This document shows positions 7,384 through 17,561 of a DNA stretch of 51,305 nt, piece after piece. Made by a program: the position numbers and the translations under genes. The DNA is taken from the sequence record DRR723986_811, one strand, 5' to 3'. The notes under the pieces were generated by a model, which made no database searches, was not told the DNA's origin, and worked only from the letters and a program-made list of their open reading frames with translations. How positions within the stretch are numbered: position 1 is the first letter of the stretch; every line of letters starts with the position of its first letter.

Positions 7384-8724
7384 TCACTCTGCAAGCGCGC
7401 GATAAACGAGATCCGCAGATTCCGATCGCATGTCCCGGTCGAGACCGCCCGGAAACCGCTGGATCATACCGATAAAAAACAGGTCATTCACCGGGTCGAT
7501 CCAGAACCACGTCCCGGCAGCGCCGCCCCAGTAATAGACGCCCTGCGGCTGGCTCGCCCCGGTCAGCGACGGGTCGACAAAGACGGCAAAGTCCAGTCCG
7601 AAGCCAATCCCGGCCATATCCGGATTGGGGCTGACGCCATCGGAAAACAGGCTCACGCCGTCGGGCAGTACGTCGGTGCGCATCAGCTTCACCGTTTCCG
7701 GTTTCAGGATGCGGACGCCGTTCAGCTCGCCGTCATTGACCAGCATCTGGCTGAAACGGGCATAGTCGCCCATGGTCGAGACGAGGCCATGCCCGCCCTT
7801 TTCCATGCCGATCTCGCCTTTCCGGAATGCGAAGCCCGGCGCTTCAAGTGGTACCAGCTCGCCGGTCTCGGTGTCGGGCGTGAAAACTTCGGAGAAGCGG
7901 TCGCGTTTCTCTTCAGGCACATAGAAGCCGGTATCCATCATGCCGAGCGGCGCAAAGACTTCATCCTGAAGGTATTGGCCAAACGGCTTCCCGCTCAGCT
8001 TCTGGACGATATAGCCCTGCACATCGACAGACGTGCTGTAGGCCCAGCTGGTGCCCGGCTGGTAGAGCAGCGGTACAGTAGCGAGCCGTGAGATGTAGGT
8101 TTCGAGATCCGGGGCCCCCAGCACGTCCGCCTCCGCGAACATGTTGTTGACCGGATCGTCACTGAACAGGCCGTAGGCGAATCCGGCGGTGTGGCTCATC
8201 AGTTCACGCATCGTTGCTGGCCGGTCGGTGTTGACGAGGATAGGTTCCCCGGCCTCATCGAAGCCCTCGAACACTTTCAGACCGGCCAGTTCCGGAATGA
8301 ATTTCGTGATCGGATCATCCAGGCTGAACGCGCCGTCATCATAGAGCGTCATCAGCGCCACGCCGGTGACCGGCTTGGACATGGAATAGATCCGGAAGAT
8401 CGTGTCCTCGGTAATGGCCGCCTGATCGGTCGTGCGGCGGATGCCGTACTGGTCGTAATTGATGACCTGTCCGTCCTTCACCAGCAGGGTGGAAACGCCC
8501 CTGACCATCCCGTCATCGACCGCCTGACGCATGGCGCTATCCAGCGCGGCCAGTCCGCTGGCGGAAAATCCGGCTGGAGATTCCGCTGCCTCCAGCTGGT
8601 CAAACGTGATGGCGTCCGGTTCCTCCGCCCCGGCAGTGGTAAGGGCCGTCAGGCTCAAAATGGCCAAAGACGACAGAAAGACACTTGGACGCCAGTTCAC
8701 CGGATGCTCCTCCCAGCCCCTCAT
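7384..8724 (-). CDS. Serine hydrolase, beta-lactamase-like family, secreted
   Basis: FRIYSMSK (SxxK), LMSHTAG and WGGAAGTWFWIDP motifs; signal-peptide-like N-terminus. Start uncertain. Confidence 0.9.
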   Translation of the reverse strand: MRGWEEHPVNWRPSVFLSSLAILSLTALTTAGAEEPDAITFDQLEAAESPAGFSASGLAALDSAMRQAVDDGMVRGVSTLLVKDGQVINYDQYGIRRTTDQAAITEDTIFRIYSMSKPVTGVALMTLYDDGAFSLDDPITKFIPELAGLKVFEGFDEAGEPILVNTDRPATMRELMSHTAGFAYGLFSDDPVNNMFAEADVLGAPDLETYISRLATVPLLYQPGTSWAYSTSVDVQGYIVQKLSGKPFGQYLQDEVFAPLGMMDTGFYVPEEKRDRFSEVFTPDTETGELVPLEAPGFAFRKGEIGMEKGGHGLVSTMGDYARFSQMLVNDGELNGVRILKPETVKLMRTDVLPDGVSLFSDGVSPNPDMAGIGFGLDFAVFVDPSLTGASQPQGVYYWGGAAGTWFWIDPVNDLFFIGMIQRFPGGLDRDMRSESADLVYRALAE

Positions 8725-8843
8725 CGGAGACTTTTTTCCTTGGTTGAGAGCACCCTACAGAAATCGGACGCCGCGCGCCAAGCCGGAACGTTGCGGCATG
8801 TCACGCATTGTTTCTCCAGATCCTGCAACGAAAGGAGATCCCC

Positions 8844-9284
8844 ATGAAACGCACCGCCACTGCCGTCTGGAAAGGCAACCTGCGCGAAGGTACCGGCACG
8901 CTCGGCACGCAGAGCGGCGCCCTTGCCGACCACCCCTATTCCTTCAAGGCCCGGTTTGAGGATGAAAGCGGCAAGTCCGGCACCAATCCGGAGGAATTGC
9001 TGGCCGCCGCGCATGCCGGCTGTTTCACCATGCAGCTCTCCCACCTGCTGGCCGAGGCGGGTCATCCGGCGGAACGGTTGCACACCGAGGCCACCGTCTC
9101 GGTCGAGCCCAAGGATGGCGGCGGCTTCCAGATCACGCGCAGCGTGCTTGCGCTTGAGGCAAAGGTGTCGGGCATTGAATCCGACGTGTTCGAGGCGATC
9201 GCCGGCAAAGCCAAGGCCGGATGCCCCGTCTCCGTTGCGCTTGGCGCCATCGAAATCACGCTCGAGATGACGCTCGACAGCTGA
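8844..9284 (+). CDS. osmC: OsmC-family peroxiredoxin
   Basis: [16 protein letters not shown] and AKAGCPVS motifs; AGGAG RBS. Confidence 0.9.
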   Translation: MKRTATAVWKGNLREGTGTLGTQSGALADHPYSFKARFEDESGKSGTNPEELLAAAHAGCFTMQLSHLLAEAGHPAERLHTEATVSVEPKDGGGFQITRSVLALEAKVSGIESDVFEAIAGKAKAGCPVSVALGAIEITLEMTLDS

Positions 9285-9346
9285 GCAAGGGTGGAAATTT
9301 CCCCTGTTTGCTGCCACATTGCTGGGCTCAAGCAGAAAGTTTCCTG

Positions 9347-10168
9347 ATGACCGACACAAACCTCCTCCTGCCCATGCGCACGGGCGAAATCCGCATCCAT
9401 GATGCTGAAGGCTTCGCAGGCATGCGCAAGGCCGGGCGCCTCGTCGCGGAATGCCTCGACATGCTGGTGCCGGAGGTGAAACCGGGCGTGACGACCGAGC
9501 ACCTCGACAACCTGATCCGCGACTTCGTGCTGGACCATGGCGCGACCTCCGCGACGATCGGCTATCGCGGCTATCGCCACGCCTCCTGTATCTCACTGAA
9601 CCATGTCATTTGCCACGGCATTCCAGGGCCGAAGCCGCTGAAGGAAGGCGACATCGCCAATATCGACGTGACCCTCATCATTGATGGGTGGCACGGCGAC
9701 CATTCCCGCATGTACGGCGTCGGCGAAGTGAAACGGAAGGCCGAGCGCCTGATGGACGTCACCTATGAAGCCATGATGGCCGGCATCGCCCAGGTGAAGC
9801 CGGGCAATCGCTTCGGCGATATCGGCGGCGCGATCAGCGAAATCGCCCGCAAGAACCGCATGTCCGTCGTCGAGGATTTCTGCGGCCACGGCCTCGGCCG
9901 TCTCTTCCATGACGAGCCGAACGTGATCCACTCCGCCGACTACAATACCGGCCCGGAACTTAAGCCCGGCATGTTCTTCACCATCGAGCCGATGCTGAAC
10001 CTCGGCCGCAAGGACGCGGCCATCCTGCCGGACGGCTGGACGGCCGTGACGCGCGACCGCCAGCTCTCGGCCCAGTACGAGCATTCGGTCGGTGTCACCG
10101 AAGATGGCGTGGAGATCTTCACGGCCAGCCCGAAAGGCTGGCACCAGCCGCACAAGGTGGTGCTCTAG
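9347..10168 (+). CDS. map: Methionine aminopeptidase type I
   Basis: CISLNHVICHGIP, DGWHGDHS, FTIEPM and SAQYEHS motifs. Confidence 0.96.
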   Translation: MTDTNLLLPMRTGEIRIHDAEGFAGMRKAGRLVAECLDMLVPEVKPGVTTEHLDNLIRDFVLDHGATSATIGYRGYRHASCISLNHVICHGIPGPKPLKEGDIANIDVTLIIDGWHGDHSRMYGVGEVKRKAERLMDVTYEAMMAGIAQVKPGNRFGDIGGAISEIARKNRMSVVEDFCGHGLGRLFHDEPNVIHSADYNTGPELKPGMFFTIEPMLNLGRKDAAILPDGWTAVTRDRQLSAQYEHSVGVTEDGVEIFTASPKGWHQPHKVVL

Positions 10169-10172
10169 GCCC

Positions 10173-10811
10173 CTATTCCTGTTCCGGCGGAGGCGGCGGC
10201 GCATAGAACGGCGCAGCCTCGGCTGGCATCTGTTCCATTGATATGATGATGCCGTGCTCTGCGGCGAGCTGGCCGATCACCGCGCCGGCCTCTTCCGCAT
10301 TGGCGGGCCTGGCGTCAGCGATGCGCGGTGCGGCACTCGCCATGAATGCCTCGAAGGAACTGCCGGTCGTGGTCATCAGCAATTCGGTCGGCGTGTCGCT
10401 GCCATTCCAGAACATGTGGGCATGCCCCCGGTTCAGGGCGGCGAAGTCCCCTGGATTGAGGCGTAGCGTCTCACCATTCGACAGCACGTCGAGCGTGCCG
10501 GAGAGGACGTAGAAGTACTCGTCTTCCAGACTATGCTTGTGCGGCGGCGAGCCCGGGCTCTTCGGCGGCAGCAGGAATTCGTAGATTGTCACCTCGCCAG
10601 CCGATTCCTCGTTCGACAGCAGCAGGCGGACCGGATGGAACGGATTGTCGACCATTTCGCCCGTCGCAGCCCGGACCAGTTTGTCGGGATGGTCAGCATG
10701 GTCCGTTATAGTCATGGCATCATCATCCGCATGCGCGTGCGGGTGCGTGCCGTGTGCACAAGCAGCAAGGCCGAAGGCCAGCACTGGCAAGATTGCATTT
10801 GTCATTTTCAT
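10173..10811 (-). CDS. Cupin-domain lipoprotein
   Basis: Lipobox LAAC, His-rich linker, PPHKHSLEDEYFYVLSG cupin motif. Confidence 0.8.
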   Translation of the reverse strand: MKMTNAILPVLAFGLAACAHGTHPHAHADDDAMTITDHADHPDKLVRAATGEMVDNPFHPVRLLLSNEESAGEVTIYEFLLPPKSPGSPPHKHSLEDEYFYVLSGTLDVLSNGETLRLNPGDFAALNRGHAHMFWNGSDTPTELLMTTTGSSFEAFMASAAPRIADARPANAEEAGAVIGQLAAEHGIIISMEQMPAEAAPFYAPPPPPEQE

Positions 10812-10942
10812 GTTGGTGTCCCCTTTTCTTTTCTACAGGCCTCTTGGCGGGCCATGCGTGTGACGCTTCCACAGGATTCCGGCTCCGGCAAGCGCGCCAA
10901 ACCCACTTTGTCGAAAGGGATTTTCGTGGTTTCTCCGCAGGG

Positions 10943-11275
10943 ATGAAAACCGATCCCGACAAACCTCACTGGCAGGGCCCTCGCGAGCGCCTGCGTGGCA
11001 AGCTGCTGGCGCGCGGGGCCGCGGCGCTCGACGATTACGAAATTCTCTAAGTCCTGCTGATGGCCTTCATCCTCCGGCGCGCGCTGTAGCTGGCGGCGTC
11101 CAGTCTGATCCTGGCTCACAACCACCCTTTGGGTGACACGACGCCTTCCCGGGCAGACATCGACATGACGCGGGAAATCATCGACGCGCTCATTCCCTTT
11201 GAAATCGATGTTCATGATCATCTGATCGCGGGAACGGGCGGCGTCACCAGCTTCCGCTCGGCAGGCCTGATCTGA
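10943..11275 (+). pseudogene. radC: RadC (JAB/MPN domain) pseudogene with two nonsense codons and an internal deletion
   Basis: A single frame reads [62 protein letters not shown]...VHDHLIAG...SFRSAGLI. Stops are TAA 11048-11050 and TAG 11087-11089; only 110 codons in total. Confidence 0.9.
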
Positions 11276-11382
11276 CCGTGACCTTACGATAAGGCTTGCA
11301 GCGGGCGCGCGGGGCACTACCGTGGTGACATCGCCAGCAAATGCTCCGATCAGAAGGGCAACGCTGCATCGGAGGAGACTAC

Positions 11383-12891
11383 ATGAGCGATACGACAGCC
11401 GGCCGGGCAGCACAGCCTGGCCACATCACCGGTTTTGGCTCTCGTGGCTACAGGACGTACGTCCTGATGTCGCTCATGCTGGTTTACACGCTGAACTTCA
11501 TCGACCGGTCGCTGATCGGCGTGGTCGGCCAGCCGATCATGGATTCCTTCGGCCTCAGCGACGCGCAATGGGGCCTGTTGAACGGCCCGCCCTTTGCTCT
11601 CTTCTACGCCCTGATGGGCATTCCGATCGCCATGTGGGCCGACCGCGGCAACCGCGTGTTCATCATCGGTCTCTGCATCATCATCTGGTCGATCATGACG
11701 GCGCTTTGCGGCCTCGCCGCGGGCTTTATCTGGCTGCTCCTCTTCCGCGTTGGCGTCGCCATCGGTGAAGCCGGATGCACGCCGCCTGCCAACTCGCTGA
11801 TCACAGATTACTACCCGCCGAAGAGCCGCGCCAACGCGCTCGGCATCTATTCCATGGGCGTCACCATCGGCGGTGTCCTGGCGCAGCTGTTCGGCGGCAC
11901 GATCGCCTCCATCAAGGGTCCCGATATGGGCGACTGGCTGCATTCCCTCGGCCTCGGCTTCATGTTCGACCACCTGAACTGGGAAACGGTTGAAGGCTGG
12001 CGCATTGCCTTTGTGGTCATCGGTGCACCCGGCGTCCTGATTGCCGCGCTGATCTGGTTCACGATGCGGGAGCCGCCGCGCGGACACTCCGACGCGCCTT
12101 CTCTACATATTGAGAAGGCCGGCATTCTGGAAGCCTTCAAGGAGTTCGGGCGCAAGCCGACCTTCTGGACGCTGTCGCTCGGCGCCGCCTTTGTGGCCTT
12201 TGTCGGCTATGGCCTGTTTGCCTTCCAGACACCGTTCCTGATGCGGGTCCATGGCGTCAGCCTGCATGATGCCGCCGTGAAGTTCGGCGCGCCGCTGTCC
12301 GCGGTTGCTGCGGGCGGGACGTTCCTTGGCGGGTACCTGTCCGAAAAGCTGTCGCACCGCTTCCCGGCCGTTTCCGCGTGGCTGCCCGGTGTCGGCCTGC
12401 TGATCGCCGTGCCAGCCTATTCCATCGCGTTCCTGACCTCTTCGCTGACCATGGCCATCTTCTTCTGGGTCATCGCGGCCGTCACGCACTATGCCTATCT
12501 CGGCGCCCAATACACCGTGGGCACCGGCATCGTCAGCCCGCGCGCCCGCGCGACCACCATTTCGGTGCTGCTGTTCATCGTGGCCCTGATCGGCAACGGC
12601 ATCGGCCCGATGTTCACCGGTTGGATGAGCACGCATTTCATGTCTTCGAGCCTGGCGGCCCAGGGCCTTTCGGACCAGTTCGCCACCTTCGAGCCGAAAT
12701 TCTGTGGCGTGAATGTCGATCAGCTCGGCGCGGATGGCCCAGCCCTCTGCTCGGCCTATGCCGAAGGCCTGCGCCATTCCATGGTCGCCACGGTCATGAT
12801 CTTCATTATCGCCGCAGCCTTCTATTTCCTCGCTGCGCGCACCTTCATGCGGGACCGCTACGACCCGACCGCACCTTCCGGACAAGGATGA
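11383..12891 (+). CDS. MFS transporter, spinster-like family
   Basis: NFIDR, WADRGNR and GEAGCTPPA motifs; about 12 TM segments; GGAGGAG RBS. Confidence 0.9.
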   Translation: MSDTTAGRAAQPGHITGFGSRGYRTYVLMSLMLVYTLNFIDRSLIGVVGQPIMDSFGLSDAQWGLLNGPPFALFYALMGIPIAMWADRGNRVFIIGLCIIIWSIMTALCGLAAGFIWLLLFRVGVAIGEAGCTPPANSLITDYYPPKSRANALGIYSMGVTIGGVLAQLFGGTIASIKGPDMGDWLHSLGLGFMFDHLNWETVEGWRIAFVVIGAPGVLIAALIWFTMREPPRGHSDAPSLHIEKAGILEAFKEFGRKPTFWTLSLGAAFVAFVGYGLFAFQTPFLMRVHGVSLHDAAVKFGAPLSAVAAGGTFLGGYLSEKLSHRFPAVSAWLPGVGLLIAVPAYSIAFLTSSLTMAIFFWVIAAVTHYAYLGAQYTVGTGIVSPRARATTISVLLFIVALIGNGIGPMFTGWMSTHFMSSSLAAQGLSDQFATFEPKFCGVNVDQLGADGPALCSAYAEGLRHSMVATVMIFIIAAAFYFLAARTFMRDRYDPTAPSGQG

Positions 12892-12923
12892 TTTCGAACC
12901 CGGCCCATTAACAGGAGACGCCC

Positions 12924-14405
12924 ATGACTGACGCCGCCTTGACCCGACCGGGACACGAAACGGGATACGGATCCTCCGGATACCGTGCCTATGTGTTGAG
13001 CGCCCTTCTTGTGGTCTACATCTTCAACTTCATCGACCGGTCGATCTTCGCGATCCTGACCGAACCGATGAAGACGTCGCTGCAGCTGGAAGACTGGCAC
13101 ATGGGTGTGCTGGGCGGTCTCGCCTTTGCGATCTTCTACACCACGCTCGGCATCCCGATTGCGCGCCTCGCCGAACGGCGCAGCCGGATCGGCATCATCG
13201 TGATTGCCTTGTCCCTGTGGAGCCTGATGACCGTCCTGTGCGGCTTTGCCATGGGCTTCATGTCGCTGTTCCTGTTCCGCCTCATGGTGGGCGTCGGCGA
13301 AGCGGGCTGCACGCCGCCGGCCCAGTCCGTCATCGCCGACTATTTCAAACCATCCAGCCGCGCGACGGCCGCCTCGATCTATGCGCTCGGCGTTCCGCTC
13401 GGCGGCATGATTGCCGGTCTCGCAGGCGGTCCTATCAATGACTATGTGACTGGCCACAACGTACACGCTGTGCTCGACGGCTGGGGCTGGACCTGGGCGC
13501 GCGACGCCATTGACTGGCAGAGCATGGAAGGCTGGCGCATCGCCTTTGTCGCCGTCGGACTGCCGGGCGTCCTGATCGCCGCGATCCTCGGCTTCACCAT
13601 CAAGGAGCCGCCGCGCGGCTATACGGACCCGCCGAACGCGTCGGGCTTGCCGACGGAACGCTCAAGCTTCGTGGTTGCCTTCAAGACGCTGATGAAGAAG
13701 CCGACCTATGTGCATGTTGTCACCGGGGCGGCCATTGCTTCCTTTGCCGGCTATGGCATCGCGCAATTCTCCACCTCCTTCCTTCGCCGGACCCATGGCC
13801 TCAGCCTGACCGAAGCGGCCTTGATCTTCAGCCTCGTCATCGGCCTGATGGCAGCCATCGGCGTATTCCTGTCCGGCTTTCTGGCCGACAAGATGTCGGT
13901 GCGCCATCCGAAGGCCCTGTCCTGGATGCCGGCACTCGGCATGGGCCTGTCAGTGCCGCTTTACTGGCTCGGCTACCTCGCCCCGACCGTGCCGCTGATG
14001 CTGCCACCGCTGATGGCGGCCGCCTTGCTGCACTATTTCTATCTCGGTCCGATGTATGCCGTTTCCACCGGTGTGGCAGACGCCCGCACACGGGCCACCG
14101 CCGTTGCGCTCACCCTGTTCGCGGTGAACCTGATCGGCATCGGCCTCGGGCCGACCCTGATCGGCATCCTGTCGACATTTCTGAAAACCATGATGCTCGG
14201 CGGGTACGACCTCGGCCTGACGCTGGAGATTTGCAAGGATGTAACCGGCCTGCCGGACGCCCAGGCAGCGGCCTGCAACAGCGCCAACGCCCGCGGCCTG
14301 CAATGGTCGATCATCGTCTTCGCCACGCTCTATGGCTGGGCGGCCCTGCATTATCTGTGGGCCGGCAAGACACTCCAGCGTGACATGATCACCCGGGCAG
14401 CTTAA
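12924..14405 (+). CDS. MFS transporter, spinster-like family (paralogue of the upstream gene)
   Basis: NFIDR, LAERRSR and GEAGCTPPA motifs; AGGAG RBS. Confidence 0.9.
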   Translation: MTDAALTRPGHETGYGSSGYRAYVLSALLVVYIFNFIDRSIFAILTEPMKTSLQLEDWHMGVLGGLAFAIFYTTLGIPIARLAERRSRIGIIVIALSLWSLMTVLCGFAMGFMSLFLFRLMVGVGEAGCTPPAQSVIADYFKPSSRATAASIYALGVPLGGMIAGLAGGPINDYVTGHNVHAVLDGWGWTWARDAIDWQSMEGWRIAFVAVGLPGVLIAAILGFTIKEPPRGYTDPPNASGLPTERSSFVVAFKTLMKKPTYVHVVTGAAIASFAGYGIAQFSTSFLRRTHGLSLTEAALIFSLVIGLMAAIGVFLSGFLADKMSVRHPKALSWMPALGMGLSVPLYWLGYLAPTVPLMLPPLMAAALLHYFYLGPMYAVSTGVADARTRATAVALTLFAVNLIGIGLGPTLIGILSTFLKTMMLGGYDLGLTLEICKDVTGLPDAQAAACNSANARGLQWSIIVFATLYGWAALHYLWAGKTLQRDMITRAA

Positions 14406-14414
14406 TCCGGCTGC

Positions 14415-15392
14415 ATGGCTGTCTATACTCAGGTTTCCGACGAGGCGCTCGCCGCCTTCCTGACCGAATACGATCTCGGCGCCCCGCTTTCCTTCAAAGG
14501 GATCGCGGAGGGCGTCGAGAACTCCAACTATTACCTTGAGACCGAAAAAGGCCGCTACATCCTCACCCTGTTCGAGAAGCGGGTGAATGCGGACGAGCTG
14601 CCCTATTTCGTCGCCCTGAAACAGCACCTCGCCGCCAGGGGCTATCCCTGCCCCTCGCCTGTCGCCGCGCAGGACGGCAAGGCCCTGCGCACGCTGGAAG
14701 GCCGCCCGGCCCTGATCGTCACCTTCCTGGAAGGCCTCTCGCCCCGCCGGCCGAATGTGACCCAGTGCCGCGAACTTGGTGCCGGTATGGCGCGTATGCA
14801 CATGGCCCTCGCAGACTTTGACATGGAGCGCGCAAACAGCCTTGGCCCGGCATCCTGGCCGCGGCTCTGGGCTGGCCGCGAAGCCGACGCCGACGCACTC
14901 CAGCCGGGCCTCGCGGACGCCATCGCAGGTGACCTTGCCGCCATCGCCGAAGCCAAGCTCCAATCGCTCGGCCTGCCGCGCGGCACGATCCATGCGGATC
15001 TCTTCCCCGACAATGCTTTTTTCCTCGGCGACACGTTTTCCGGCGCCATCGACTTCTACTTCGCCTGCACCGATGCGCTCGCCTTTGACCTTGCCATCTG
15101 CCTCAATGCCTGGGCGTTCGAAGATGGCGGCGGCGCTTCGCTCGACTTTAATTTTTCCAAGGGCGCGGCCCTGATCGCCGGCTATGAAAGCGTGCGTCCT
15201 CTGGCCTCCGCAGAGCGCGCCGCCCTGCCCGTGCTGGCCCGCGGCGCGGCCCTGCGCTTCTTCCTCACCCGTCTCGTCGACTGGTCGTCGACACCGGAAG
15301 GTGCCCTCGTAAAGCCCAAAAACCCCCTCGAATATGCCGGACGCCTCGCCTTCCATCGCAAAGTGGAAACGGCGGAAGGCTATGGTGCATGA
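14415..15392 (+). CDS. thrB: Homoserine kinase type II
   Basis: MAVYT, GIAEGVENSNY, IHADLFPDN and IDFYFAC motifs. Confidence 0.95.
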   Translation: MAVYTQVSDEALAAFLTEYDLGAPLSFKGIAEGVENSNYYLETEKGRYILTLFEKRVNADELPYFVALKQHLAARGYPCPSPVAAQDGKALRTLEGRPALIVTFLEGLSPRRPNVTQCRELGAGMARMHMALADFDMERANSLGPASWPRLWAGREADADALQPGLADAIAGDLAAIAEAKLQSLGLPRGTIHADLFPDNAFFLGDTFSGAIDFYFACTDALAFDLAICLNAWAFEDGGGASLDFNFSKGAALIAGYESVRPLASAERAALPVLARGAALRFFLTRLVDWSSTPEGALVKPKNPLEYAGRLAFHRKVETAEGYGA

Positions 15393-15880
15393 CACGAGAC
15401 TGGAAACAGTGGCTTAGGCTCATCCTCGCCGTCCTGTTTGCGCCCATCCTCGCAGCGGGTCTCGTCGCGGCGCTCCTCGCCATGATCATGGTGCCCGATC
15501 TCGTGTTCCAGACCGAGATCAGCTCCGCAACTTACCGCCCGGCCACGGTTCCCGAAATCATGGCCAGCCTGTTCGGCTTCGGTGCCATTGGCGGGGCACT
15601 TGGCATTGTCCTCGGCTGGCCTGCCATGATCCTTGGCGGCCTGCCGGTGCATGCCTGGCTGGTGCGCAAGGGCCGCACAGGCTGGCTGCCCTACGCCCTG
15701 ACCGGCCTCGGCGTCGGAACGCTCACCATGCTGATCTATTTTCTCGCCACCGGCAGCCTGCGCGATTCGTCTCTTTTACTGGACGCATCGCCCCTGCTGC
15801 TATCCGGCCCGCTGACCGGCTTCCTCGCTGCGAGCCTGTTCTGGCTGATCCGCCAACCCGGCCGGATCCAGGCGCCATGA
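15389..15880 (+). CDS. Hypothetical membrane protein
   Basis: Hydrophobic; ATGA-coupled to thrB and to the next gene. Confidence 0.75.
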   Translation: MTRDWKQWLRLILAVLFAPILAAGLVAALLAMIMVPDLVFQTEISSATYRPATVPEIMASLFGFGAIGGALGIVLGWPAMILGGLPVHAWLVRKGRTGWLPYALTGLGVGTLTMLIYFLATGSLRDSSLLLDASPLLLSGPLTGFLAASLFWLIRQPGRIQAP

Positions 15881-16440
15881 CACCGGCGCCGGACCCCGCC
15901 GAACTTCCCAGCTATGCCGGCCCGGCGGCGCGGCGCAGCTTCCGGCGCATCAAGCTCGCCCTCTTCCTGTCCTCCCTGGCCGCCTGTCTGTTCGTGACCC
16001 TTATCGGCGTCGTCTGCACGCGCATCCTGATGCTCGCCATGGGCATCAGCGGTGCAGCGACCAATTACAGCATGCTGAGCGGCGGCGGCTTTCTCGGCGG
16101 GATGAGCGGCGCGTTCCAGCTGGCGAGCTATAATTTCCTGCTCTTTTTCATCAACGTGCCAGCCGCCTGGCTGGCGCTCGGCCTCTCCATCGGTCGCCTG
16201 CCCTATCGCGGCATTATGCACCGCAAGCCTTACGTCCGCTGGGGCAGTATCTGGGGCGCGATTCTTGTCGGCGGCACGACAAGCCTGTTCGGTTTCCTGG
16301 CGGGTTTTGTCAGCGGCACCGGCGCCCTCCTCGGCGGCGCCTTCATTGGCGCCACAGCGGGCGCACTCTGCGGCCTGCTTTTCTACGCTATCGTGAAACC
16401 CGCCAACCAGCTCGCCGATGTGGATATCGACGTCTTCTGA
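15877..16440 (+). CDS. Hypothetical membrane protein
   Basis: Gly-rich hydrophobic segments; coupled start. Confidence 0.75.
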   Translation: MTPAPDPAELPSYAGPAARRSFRRIKLALFLSSLAACLFVTLIGVVCTRILMLAMGISGAATNYSMLSGGGFLGGMSGAFQLASYNFLLFFINVPAAWLALGLSIGRLPYRGIMHRKPYVRWGSIWGAILVGGTTSLFGFLAGFVSGTGALLGGAFIGATAGALCGLLFYAIVKPANQLADVDIDVF

Positions 16441-16479
16441 CGCTTGACGCCTGTCCCGAAGCCAACCACCTGAAACCCC

Positions 16480-16923
16480 ATGACCGATACGATCGAAATC
16501 TGGACCGATGGCGCCTGCAGCGGCAATCCCGGCCCCGGCGGCTGGGGTGCGCTGATGCGCTGGAACGGCCATGAGAAAGAACTTTGGGGGGGCGACAGCG
16601 CGACCACCAATAACCGGATGGAAATGCAGGCCGTGATCGAGGCGCTGAACGCGCTGAAGAAGCCGTCAAAGATCACCCTGCACGTCGATTCCACCTATGT
16701 GAAAGACGGCCTGACCAAGTGGATCCATGGCTGGAAACGCAATGGCTGGAAGACCGCGGCGAAGAAACCGGTCAAGAACCAGGACCTCTGGATGGCGATG
16801 GACGAAGCCTGCCAGCGCCACGACATCACCTGGAAATGGGTGAAGGGCCATGACGGCGACCCCGGCAACGAAAAGGCCGACGAGCTCGCCCGCCGCGGCA
16901 CCGAAGAAGCCCGCGGCCGCTAG
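16480..16923 (+). CDS. rnhA: Ribonuclease HI
   Basis: [22 protein letters not shown] and WVKGH motifs. Confidence 0.97.
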   Translation: MTDTIEIWTDGACSGNPGPGGWGALMRWNGHEKELWGGDSATTNNRMEMQAVIEALNALKKPSKITLHVDSTYVKDGLTKWIHGWKRNGWKTAAKKPVKNQDLWMAMDEACQRHDITWKWVKGHDGDPGNEKADELARRGTEEARGR

Positions 16924-17561
16924 AGCCAGCGAAGCGGCGGAGCGTCGGACCGCAGAGTCTCCACCGTGGATCTCAGCTGGTCCATGAAACCCGCCTTGTT
17001 GCCGGACCATTTGAAAGCAGATCCGACAATCGCACTGCAATTGAACGGGACCAGGACTTTCGCGCCGCGCGGCAGCACCCGGCCAGCGCCCTGAATGTAG
17101 ACCGGCACGACCGGCACTTCCGGGAAGGTCTCTGCCAGACGCGCAACGCCAGACTTGAACGCGCCCATCTCCTCCGCCTTGCCGCGGGAGCCTTCCGGGA
17201 AAATGATCAGGATCTCGCCCCGGGCCAGCGCCTCCTTGCAGCCAGCCAGAACATCTTCCCCTGCCGCAGCGCCCTTCCGGTTCACCGGAAGAATGCCGAC
17301 AACTTTTCTGTAGAACCAGCTCGACACCGGTGTGGACAGGAAATGATCGGCCGCGGCCACAGGCCGGATCTTCGGCAACAGCCGGGAATGGAACAGGCAG
17401 ATCAGGATCAGCGTATCGATGTGGCTGTTATGATTGGCCGCAATGATGGCCGGGCCATTTTTCGGCAGGTTCTCCTCCCCATGGACATCAAGGCCGATGA
17501 CCAGCCGCGCAAACGGCTTCGCAATCAGCACAAGGACGAGACGACGCAGTAGCTGGATCAT
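16920..17561 (-). CDS. Lysophospholipid acyltransferase (PlsC family)
   Basis: NHNSHID and IFPEGSR motifs. Confidence 0.92.
   Translation of the reverse strand: MIQLLRRLVLVLIAKPFARLVIGLDVHGEENLPKNGPAIIAANHNSHIDTLILICLFHSRLLPKIRPVAAADHFLSTPVSSWFYRKVVGILPVNRKGAAAGEDVLAGCKEALARGEILIIFPEGSRGKAEEMGAFKSGVARLAETFPEVPVVPVYIQGAGRVLPRGAKVLVPFNCSAIVGSAFKWSGNKAGFMDQLRSTVETLRSDAPPLRWL

Noticed and set aside
7384-8724. True beta-lactamase
   Set aside because: The motifs fit the broad esterase/serine hydrolase branch; there is no evidence for a resistance function.
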